Origin: a virus
Length of the DNA stretch: 43,847 nt
Direction: 5' to 3' (one strand)
Virus record (IMG/VR): IMGVR_UViG_3300030613_000005
Part shown: in pieces, positions 25,400-31,651 of the stretch
How the letters are laid out: the number at the start of each line of letters is the position of its first letter
Position numbering within the stretch: the first letter of the stretch is position 1
Made by a program: the position numbers and the translations under genes
Notes under the pieces: generated by a model
The model's input: only the letters and a program-made list of their open reading frames with translations
Told to the model about the DNA's origin: nothing
Database searches by the model: none

Positions 25400-25855
25400 T
25401 TATACCTTCCCTGTCACTATGTCTAGAAGGTCTGGGTCCTTACGCCTATCGTCTTCTGCTATACGCACTAGATAAGTGTACATAGCGTAAGTGACTAGTA
25501 TGTTCGCTCTCAGCTCTGTATCGGGCCAGTTACTATTTTCTATGCGCTCAAATAGCACATGTTCTGTCCCTCTAAGAGACAACACCATTTCGTATAGTTC
25601 TTTTTGTGTTGTGTCATCTATAAGTGTGTAGTCTACACCCAAGTTCTTAACATGTGAAGCACTTTTAAACGCTACAGGGCGGTCAAGTACCCACTTAGCA
25701 CCAATTAGGATTAGCCACTCTTCTAAGCTGTCTGTTACTACTCGGTACCTATTGTCCGGTCCCTTCATTAACCCTGGTGAGTTAAAGACTCTACTGAACT
25801 TATTCTTCGCTACACCAAAGAGCACCTCTAGTTCATTCTGCGTAAAGCCTCGCAT
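25400..25855 (-). CDS. Hypothetical protein, possible N-terminal HTH
   Basis: 151-aa ORF. The segment FTQNELEVLFGVAKNKFSRV resembles a helix-turn-helix. Confidence 0.6.
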   Translation of the reverse strand: MRGFTQNELEVLFGVAKNKFSRVFNSPGLMKGPDNRYRVVTDSLEEWLILIGAKWVLDRPVAFKSASHVKNLGVDYTLIDDTTQKELYEMVLSLRGTEHVLFERIENSNWPDTELRANILVTYAMYTYLVRIAEDDRRKDPDLLDIVTGKV

Positions 25856-26031
25856 ACCTTGCTTCGTAAAGGCCCGAAATATATCCTCCGGTCCTATAGC
25901 ACCTTTAATTTATGTCACCTCCTAATCTCAACGAAAGGTGTGTGCAGAGTTTTTACACACATAATAAACCAGAAGAGCCATGCCATGCACAATAGAATAT
26001 ACCCCACTAGATATAAACGTCCCTTCATTAT

Positions 26032-26388
26032 TCAGAACCTATGCTGAGCGCAGTACCACACATTTTCATGGAGAGTGTAACCTTCTTCCATTGGAAGAGA
26101 AGAATCTATTTCTTCGGAACTATCTTCCCATTGGTAAACTGTTACACAGCCTTGTGCATAGTACCCACACTCTATCTTATGCTTGAACATCGGAACCCTT
26201 TCCTTTTTCTGCTCAGGGAAGGTAGCTGTGACAAGTGGCTTTCCGTCCACAGTTACCTCGTAATAAGTAATCATCTCTGCACTAACAAGTGAATCCGCTG
26301 CATCGCTACAGAGCGTAAGTTGTTTCTGATTGTGTGCATAGAAGGTGATTTTTAAGTTATCCAACTCATAGAGCTTAATAGTCCACAT
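26032..26388 (-). CDS. Hypothetical protein (118 aa)
   Basis: Start set to ATG 26388, which is preceded by AAGGAAAGG. The track extension to 26523 runs through operator-like palindromes. Confidence 0.6.
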   Translation of the reverse strand: MWTIKLYELDNLKITFYAHNQKQLTLCSDAADSLVSAEMITYYEVTVDGKPLVTATFPEQKKERVPMFKHKIECGYYAQGCVTVYQWEDSSEEIDSSLPMEEGYTLHENVWYCAQHRF

Positions 26389-26490
26389 AATTAGTAAACC
26401 TTTCCTTGTCCGGAATGTGGGGCATGCGGCATAGGGGAAGTATAGGGGAGAATGTCCGAATTGGGTAGTCTGGGCTGTTATGTCGCACCG

Positions 26491-26589
26491 GTCTACGGTC
26501 TCCGTAGACGGTAGACCGAGCATATGGTTGAACGCTCACCGTCTACTAGGTCGGTAGACATGCAGGTCAGAGGGGGGTCGGCTGTCTAC
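26491..26589. promoter_or_regulatory. Operator-like array: six GTCTAC/GTAGAC half-sites including two GTCTAC-N7-GTAGAC palindromes
   Basis: GTCTAC at 26491, 26541 and 26584. GTAGAC at 26504, 26511 and 26554. The palindromes 26491-26509 and 26541-26559 are 50 bp apart. Confidence 0.6.
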
Positions 26590-26616
26590 AAGATCGTAAA
26601 ATAGTCCCCGGAATAT

Positions 26617-26657
26617 GGGAATAAAGGTAGGTCGCTTAGCGACCGTACTTTATTCCC
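26617..26657 (-). terminator. Strong composite hairpin, possible terminator of the promoter-A transcript
   Basis: GGGAATAAAG/CTTTATTCCC (10 bp) plus an inner GGTCGC/GCGACC (6 bp, loop TTA). The flanks are AT-rich but there is no clean U-run. Confidence 0.4.
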
Positions 26658-27014
26658 AATTATTCCACTAATTAATTATTTTTTCTTTCTTTAACTTCAT
26701 TCTAAACGAAAAAATAGGTTACGCTAGGTATTATATCCATATTCCCTAACGAAATAGTCGAGTTGTTTTTAAGAATATAAATGATACAAAATGGACTCGA
26801 CGAAGTTAAAAACCTATTTAAACTAGTAGAACTTAGTTAAAACTTGGTAAGGGCTCTAATAATGGAATACTAACACTCTCTCATTATCAGTATTATCTAG
26901 TGCTAGGCCCTTAACTAAAGTTATGGGGACTTTCCTCTATTTAATTCTCAATATACTAGCACTAATAAGAGTCATCAACTGTCTTATTGTGCTTGTGCTT
27001 TCCGAACTAGTGCA

Positions 27015-27043
27015 ACTCTACTCCCCTAGCACGAACCCGTCAA
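27015..27043 (-). promoter_or_regulatory. Promoter A: TTGACG-N17-TAGAGT
   Basis: Minus-strand -35 at 27038-43 and -10 at 27015-20. Shares GCTAG(G/A)GGAGTAG with promoter B. It fires into an ORF-free AT-rich region. Confidence 0.6.
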
Positions 27044-27127
27044 ATTTCCGGAGGTTCCCGGACAAAGCGGACATTTTGGTACACATGACGCATAACGCCG
27101 CATTGTTTCCATGCGGACTATAGTGGA

Positions 27128-27171
27128 AAGAATATAGCCCCAACTCCCTAAGGAATTGGGGCTATATTCTT
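27128..27171 (-). terminator. Terminator T1 downstream of CDS 27189..27926
   Basis: 16-bp stem AAGAATATAGCCCCAA/TTGGGGCTATATTCTT plus an inner TCC/GGA. T-rich 3' side on the minus strand. Confidence 0.8.
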
Positions 27172-27188
27172 GTGGAACTATTCAGTTC

Positions 27189-27926
27189 TTAGTTCTTGGG
27201 AGACACCCGAACTTCGTAGTTCTTCTCCCCTGCGGTGAAACCGAACTCGACGATGGTGGAAAGGTCCTGAGTTCCTGCGGTTTCATAGAGAGGACCCTGA
27301 AGATCCTTCGCTGAGACATTGACATCCTTACCAGCATCCTTGGAAATGAGCTGAGCGAGGACAGTCAGGTTGGTAACTCGCTTCTCCTCCGGCTTGCCCG
27401 CATCCTTGACAGTAAAGACATCAATCCAAGCTTCCGAACCGGCGACTCGGTATTCAATCTTGGCGAATCGCGGACGGGGAATACCAGCGGAAGATGCTCC
27501 ACCACGACCAGTACCAGGAGCAGCCTTGATTTCAGGAACATCTTCCAGAGCCTTCTCAACACCAGGGAAGCTCAGGAGAGTCTTACGCATATCCCGCGCC
27601 TGAGAGACAAGGTCCTTATACTGAGCTGTAATCTTTTCGACATCAATCGGCTCTTGAGAAACGAAGCCCTTCTCAATGATGTACTTCTCAACAGCAGCTT
27701 GATTCTTGAGAATTTCCTCGTTAACCGAGTTGTACCACTTACGGTACTTGAGAATGTTCGCGTCATCCGTTTCTGCCTCATCGCGGAACTGGTGAAGCAG
27801 AAGGTCCTTACTGCCCGCTGCCACAAGCTTATCTGCAAGAGAGTTGGCGTTGGTGATCAGATCACCCAGAACCTGCGTGCCAGCGGTGACGAAATTGTTG
27901 AGTGTGTCAGCGGACATGGTGTCCAC
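27189..27926 (-). CDS. Hypothetical protein (245 aa) in a GC-rich cassette
   Basis: ORF with its own promoter (B) and terminator (T1). RBS AAAGGGTGG. I recognised no motif. Confidence 0.8.
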   Translation of the reverse strand: MDTMSADTLNNFVTAGTQVLGDLITNANSLADKLVAAGSKDLLLHQFRDEAETDDANILKYRKWYNSVNEEILKNQAAVEKYIIEKGFVSQEPIDVEKITAQYKDLVSQARDMRKTLLSFPGVEKALEDVPEIKAAPGTGRGGASSAGIPRPRFAKIEYRVAGSEAWIDVFTVKDAGKPEEKRVTNLTVLAQLISKDAGKDVNVSAKDLQGPLYETAGTQDLSTIVEFGFTAGEKNYEVRVSPKN

Positions 27927-27966
27927 CCTTTCTAGGTGTTGTGGTCGGGGCCTGACTTCAAGTGCC

Positions 27967-27995
27967 AGACTACTCCTCTAGCGCCACTATGTCAA
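27967..27995 (-). promoter_or_regulatory. Promoter B: TTGACA-N17-TAGTCT
   Basis: Minus-strand -35 at 27990-95 and -10 at 27967-72, about 35 nt upstream of ATG 27926. Confidence 0.65.
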
Positions 27996-28067
27996 TTCAT
28001 CGGACGCGTGGAGCTCTGTAGCGGGAACAATTCGGGCAAGCCGCCGCATTTGTTTCCATGCAGCTTA

Positions 28068-28110
28068 AAGAAATTGGGCTAATCCCTTGAGGGACTAACC
28101 CAATTTCTTT
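28068..28110 (-). terminator. Terminator T2 downstream of the 28109..28692 two-gene unit
   Basis: 12-bp stem AAAGAAATTGGG/CCCAATTTCTTT with an inner TCCC/GGGA. Overlaps the stop at 28109-11. Confidence 0.75.
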
Positions 28111-28255
28111 ACTCGTTGGGGTATTGGTCGAGATAGACTTTGAGAAGGGCTATCAGCTCCTCCGGCTTACCTTCTGGGAGCTTTCCCTCCGGTGTCTCAT
28201 TGGCAACAAGCAACTTCATTATTGCCAGCATGAGTGGGTAACCCTCTGAGAGCAT
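28109..28255 (-). CDS. Small ORF (48 aa) translationally coupled to the upstream gene
   Basis: TGATG overlap at 28253-28257. Translation MLSEGYPLMLAIMKLLVANETPEGKLPEGKPEELIALLKVYLDQYPNE. Same high-GC codon style as its neighbours. Confidence 0.5.
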   Translation of the reverse strand: MLSEGYPLMLAIMKLLVANETPEGKLPEGKPEELIALLKVYLDQYPNE

Positions 28256-28692
28256 CAGGCCTTGTCCTCCATCAGTTTCTCAACAATCGACTTGGCTTCC
28301 AAGAGAGATAGTGCTGGGAAACTCTCTCGGAGCGTCTTGACTGCGAGGACCTTCTTGTCGTCACGGATAGCAGCGAAGGTGACAGGATACTCGCCGTAGT
28401 GGTTGTGCGAGTAGGTGAGCATTTCAGCAATCGCAGAGATAAGTGCAGTGTTCTCTCTCCTGTTGTTGTAAGTGCGAGCATCAGCGAGTTCTCTGTCCAG
28501 CTGCTCAATCGTTCTTCCGCGCTGTTCATCCTGAGAGCCCAGGCGGACGAAGTTCGCGTTCAGAGTATTGAGGGCAGACTGTGCGCTATCCAGAGCAGAA
28601 GTCGTGTTCTCCAAGGTATCCTGTAGATACCTCACATCCGCGACGAGTGACAGGAAATACCTCATCCGCTTGGCTGAGACCTTGAACTTCAT
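28255..28692 (-). CDS. Protein with a ribosomal bL12 (L7/L12) C-terminal-domain-like motif
   Basis: C-terminus KKVLAVKTLRESFPALSLLEAKSIVEKL compared with E. coli bL12 [26 protein letters not shown] (recalled from memory). N-terminal coiled coil. RBS GAGGAG. Has its own promoter C. Confidence 0.6.
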   Translation of the reverse strand: MKFKVSAKRMRYFLSLVADVRYLQDTLENTTSALDSAQSALNTLNANFVRLGSQDEQRGRTIEQLDRELADARTYNNRRENTALISAIAEMLTYSHNHYGEYPVTFAAIRDDKKVLAVKTLRESFPALSLLEAKSIVEKLMEDKA

Positions 28693-28728
28693 TGTGTCTC
28701 CTCTGCTCTGTTCCCTGCTGACATCTAA

Positions 28729-28757
28729 AGACTATCGCAGTTCGGCTAGTTAGTCAA
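28729..28757 (-). promoter_or_regulatory. Promoter C: TTGACT-N17-TAGTCT (leftward early promoter)
   Basis: Minus-strand -35 at 28752-57 and -10 at 28729-34, about 30 nt upstream of ATG 28692. Confidence 0.65.
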
Positions 28758-28808
28758 GAAACCATGTTGTACAGGTCGCCGCGCCGCCCTTTGTTTCCAT
28801 TATAGTAT

Positions 28809-28887
28809 CTAACTTCCACTTCACATTAATATTCAATGTGTACTAAGCTAACTTCCACCTAATATACTAATTTACTTGTGTACTAAG
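28809..28887. promoter_or_regulatory. Direct repeats in the divergent control region (candidate operators)
   Basis: CTAACTTCCAC at 28809 and 28848. GTGTACTAAG at 28838 and 28878. Each pair is 39-40 bp apart. Confidence 0.55.
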
Positions 28888-28902
28888 TAGTTACTTATCT
28901 AC

Positions 28903-28931
28903 TTGACATCTCGTATATGTTACCGTAGTAT
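28903..28931 (+). promoter_or_regulatory. Rightward promoter TTGACA-N17-TAGTAT driving a leaderless transcript
   Basis: -35 at 28903-08 and -10 at 28926-31. ATG 28938 lies 7 nt after the -10, with no room for an RBS. Confidence 0.65.
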
Positions 28932-28937
28932 TTAGAT

Positions 28938-29429
28938 ATGATTAATCCTTATAAAGCAGCTAGGGAGGATCTTGGTTTATCCCAAGCATCTGTAGCCGAG
29001 GCTTCTAATGTCTCTAGACATTATGTGCTTCGTGTAGAACAAGGTTTATTCCATGTCCCTAGTCCTCGCCTAAGCACAACTCTTAATATAAGTCATATGG
29101 AACTTACAGATACTTACCATGAATGGCAGCATATTACTCGTGCTTTAGCTGCCCCTTCTGTAGCGGAGGGCGTAGAAAAGTATTTTCAAAGTGTACTAGT
29201 TCCTCTACAGAATAAACATCCTCATATAAAGCTACGTCAGTGTATTACAGATTCACAAGTGGCTTTTTGCATCCTGCTTAAGATTCAGCCTTCTAGACTA
29301 AGTGCATATGAAAAATCTAAAGGCATTACATTACCACTATTTCTAAAGGAGGCTTACTTTGACTGCGGAGTCACCCCTGAACAGCTTAATAGAATCGAAT
29401 CCAGATTCCGAGGAGCTACTCTCAGATAA
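28938..29429 (+). CDS. Xre/Cro-type helix-turn-helix regulator
   Basis: The N-terminus DLGLSQASVAEASNVSRHYVLRVEQG is a classic HTH_3-like pattern. First gene of the rightward arm. Confidence 0.75.
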   Translation: MINPYKAAREDLGLSQASVAEASNVSRHYVLRVEQGLFHVPSPRLSTTLNISHMELTDTYHEWQHITRALAAPSVAEGVEKYFQSVLVPLQNKHPHIKLRQCITDSQVAFCILLKIQPSRLSAYEKSKGITLPLFLKEAYFDCGVTPEQLNRIESRFRGATLR

Positions 29430-30171
29430 AGTAAGACACCTTATACAGTGGGTTTACCTTTTCTATGTCAATAATAAACGTAAACCCAGACCCGATGAAA
29501 TTTGGTCTGCAAACAAAGAAATGTATAGTTCCCCTTTAGAAGTAGCTACTTTATTAGATACTAGAGGCTTTAAGCGGTGTATTAACTTACGTGGTGTTTA
29601 CTGGACAAATGATAAAAACTTAACGTCAGAACAAATGTACGCTATCTCTTTTATTACTGACCCCACACAAATTGGCACACTTAGGGCACGGTTAAGTAAG
29701 ATAGGCATTACGTACGCTAAGTGGAAAGGTTGGATGTCTAACGGTGTATTCCGTAACGCATTCAACACAGTAGCGTCACAGCTACTAGAAGATAACTTCC
29801 ACGAAGTAGATAGAGGACTACTTAAGAGTGCAAGTAATGGTGATGTTACAGCAATTAAATTTGCGTATGAGATTACTGGTCGCTACGATCCGGCGAAAAA
29901 GCAGGCGCTTGATGTGGCGTCGGTGTTAGCGCAAGTGGTAGAAATTATCTGCAAGCACGTTAAAGACCCGGCAGCATTACAAGCAATTGGCGGAGAACTG
30001 ACTATGTTAAGTGGTAGTCAGGGGATTAGAACAGACCTTGCAGCCCCCCGACCTGCGTATATAGCAATGGAGCCGGTTCGGGAGCCAACCCCTTGGACGG
30101 CCGAAAACGAGCCTTTTTACAAAATTACGCCCCTAGAAGGAGAAATTTTTAATGGGAACGCTGACAACTAA
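29359..30171 (+). CDS. terS: Terminase small subunit (probable)
   Basis: LTSEQMYAISFITDP...TYAKWKGWMSN (HTH-like) and SASNGDVTAIKFAYEITGRY resemble TerS families. TTG start overlaps the upstream gene by 71 nt. Lies upstream of terL. Confidence 0.55.
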   Translation: MTAESPLNSLIESNPDSEELLSDKVRHLIQWVYLFYVNNKRKPRPDEIWSANKEMYSSPLEVATLLDTRGFKRCINLRGVYWTNDKNLTSEQMYAISFITDPTQIGTLRARLSKIGITYAKWKGWMSNGVFRNAFNTVASQLLEDNFHEVDRGLLKSASNGDVTAIKFAYEITGRYDPAKKQALDVASVLAQVVEIICKHVKDPAALQAIGGELTMLSGSQGIRTDLAAPRPAYIAMEPVREPTPWTAENEPFYKITPLEGEIFNGNADN

Positions 30172-30778
30172 GCTAGGTTTGTTTAAGCCAGCGGACACAG
30201 ATAACGTAAGTAATGAAACAGATTTAAACGATAACTATGACGTAATAGACGCGGCGATGGGAGAACTTCCCTGTACTAGCACTACGAGACCTACTGGTTC
30301 GCTATTGTGGGCGGGTAGGCAAATCTATGAGACAGACACCTTACGAAGCTATGTTTATACTGGAAGTGCTTGGGTACCAATTCTAGGACAAGGCTGTGTT
30401 AGGCGACTTGTAGAAGATGAAACCAGTGCTGTGTCAAGTAATATAGGTGCCACAGAAACGATAGTATGGACACTGAACTATAACACACGAGCAGCGTACA
30501 GATATACCACCACGTGGATTTGTAAGCTGTCCCAGAGTGTGGCGAATGAAAGATTTTATGCTAGGTTACGTAAAAACACAGTTGGCGGGACGCTGTACTA
30601 TGAAACGGCTGTGCAAAACCCTGTGGCTAGTCAGGGTTTTACAGTGACTATAGGCAAAGTATGGCCTGGAGCTGCCACAGAAGCAGTTTCTTTGAACCTT
30701 ACAATAGAGCGTCAAACAGGAGGAGGAACTATGGCACTAGACGCGAAAAGTTCTGCGTGGGTGGATGAAATCTCATGA
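30152..30778 (+). CDS. Tail-fibre / minor-tail-like protein (actinophage-type N-terminus)
   Basis: From memory, LGLFKPADTDNVSNETDLNDNYDVIDAAMG ... CTSTTRPTG ... IYETDT ... GSAWVPI matches the recurring N-terminal pattern of actinobacteriophage minor tail proteins. Confidence 0.55.
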   Translation: MGTLTTKLGLFKPADTDNVSNETDLNDNYDVIDAAMGELPCTSTTRPTGSLLWAGRQIYETDTLRSYVYTGSAWVPILGQGCVRRLVEDETSAVSSNIGATETIVWTLNYNTRAAYRYTTTWICKLSQSVANERFYARLRKNTVGGTLYYETAVQNPVASQGFTVTIGKVWPGAATEAVSLNLTIERQTGGGTMALDAKSSAWVDEIS

Positions 30779-31092
30779 GCTTAAAAGATCCTTCTCTTTT
30801 AAAGGACCCTTTTCTAGATAGTAAGTCTCGACAGGAAAATGTAGTAGATTCCAGGGTGGTAGGTGCTTTCCATACGAGAGATGATTTAGATACCAGTAAA
30901 CAAGCACATCATCACTCTATAGGAGTAAGTTCTGCCACCGCCTGTAGCGGGAACCATAATCATAGAGGAAGTGATAGCGCATTACTACTAGAGGGTGTTA
31001 CCCTTACAGGGTCACGTGGAGGTAATGCAGCCCTTCCAAGTATTATCTCTGCCCTAGTAGAACTAGGTGCAACAGACTCTACTACTGCATAG
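30775..31092 (+). CDS. Minor-tail-like protein with His-rich motif
   Basis: From memory, DTSKQAHHHSIGVSSATACSGNHNHRGSDS resembles the HH-x-G ... GxHxH motif of actinophage tail proteins. ATGA overlap with the upstream gene. Confidence 0.5.
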   Translation: MSLKDPSLLKDPFLDSKSRQENVVDSRVVGAFHTRDDLDTSKQAHHHSIGVSSATACSGNHNHRGSDSALLLEGVTLTGSRGGNAALPSIISALVELGATDSTTA

Positions 31093-31094
31093 GA

Positions 31095-31361
31095 TTGATT
31101 ATGGAAATACGTAGCTTTGGTTGGGCTCTGGAGATGTTAGAAGAAGGGCATAGGGTTAGTCGTCGTAATTGGAATGGGCCTGGGCAGTATCTGGAACTTC
31201 AAGTTCCAGATGAGCATTCAAAAATGACGTTACCGTATATTTTTATTACTACTGTTCAGGGTGACAGGGTTCCTTGGTTAGCAAGCCAGACAGACATGCT
31301 GTCTAAGGACTGGGGCTGCGCGAAAACCTGTCAGTATGCAGCAACTCCGGTAGAGGGGTAA
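31095..31361 (+). CDS. DUF2829-like small protein (Tad2-class candidate)
   Basis: 88 aa. FGWALEMLEEGHRVSRRNWNG ... PWLASQTDMLSKDW follows the DUF2829 pattern (A..L..G..V.R..W ... W.P...D.L..DW) as I recall it. Confidence 0.6.
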   Translation: MIMEIRSFGWALEMLEEGHRVSRRNWNGPGQYLELQVPDEHSKMTLPYIFITTVQGDRVPWLASQTDMLSKDWGCAKTCQYAATPVEG

Positions 31362-31365
31362 TACA

Positions 31366-31638
31366 GTGGATCAGGGTACTTGTCTTCGTACAGACAGCCA
31401 GATTAAGAGTATAGTACGCCAGTATATAGACAGCCACTTAGACAAGAGTGATCCTCCTGTTGAGTATACTATCTATGTAGTATGGTTTTGTTACATCCTA
31501 GGTGGATGGAAGGCACTAGTATCTTCTACACTTTCTGACGACATGTACTACGAAGTTACCTACAACAAAGATAAGTATGAAACATATCTCGACGCCTACA
31601 AGAAGTTAGAGAATGCTGTCTACACAGAAGCTCTCTAG
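31366..31638 (+). CDS. Hypothetical conserved-looking small protein (90 aa)
   Basis: GTG start. The pattern VVWFCYILGGWKALVSSTLSDDMYYEVTYNKDKYETYLDAYKK recurs in phage proteins of unknown function, from memory. Confidence 0.65.
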   Translation: MDQGTCLRTDSQIKSIVRQYIDSHLDKSDPPVEYTIYVVWFCYILGGWKALVSSTLSDDMYYEVTYNKDKYETYLDAYKKLENAVYTEAL

Positions 31639-31651
31639 TTAAGGGCTGCTA

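Noticed and set aside
25915-26028. Possible 37-aa hydrophobic micro-ORF (minus strand) in the 176-nt gap between 26032 and 25855.
   Set aside because: It has no RBS and is very short. The gap also contains a GTGTGT/ACACAC hairpin. The evidence is not sufficient to call it.
26389-26523. N-terminal 45-aa extension of ORF 26032..26523.
   Set aside because: The extension runs through the GTCTAC/GTAGAC palindromes and has no RBS. The internal ATG 26388 has AAGGAAAGG upstream.
26491-26589. Whether this is a CRISPR array. I asked the same about the CTATTC repeats at 21601-21635.
   Set aside because: The repeats are only 6 nt long and irregularly spaced, with mixed orientation. There are no cas genes.
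26598-26938. Calling this region a phage-encoded RNase P RNA, because of GAGGAAAGTCC plus a distal complement.
   Set aside because: I found only one conserved region. The interval is far too AT-rich and lacks the other conserved RNase P blocks I remember. I kept it as a curiosity within a finding, not as a call.
26923-27123. Track ORF of 66 aa (plus strand), hydrophobic.
   Set aside because: It is antisense to the local transcription units and has no RBS. It overlaps promoter A and box A.
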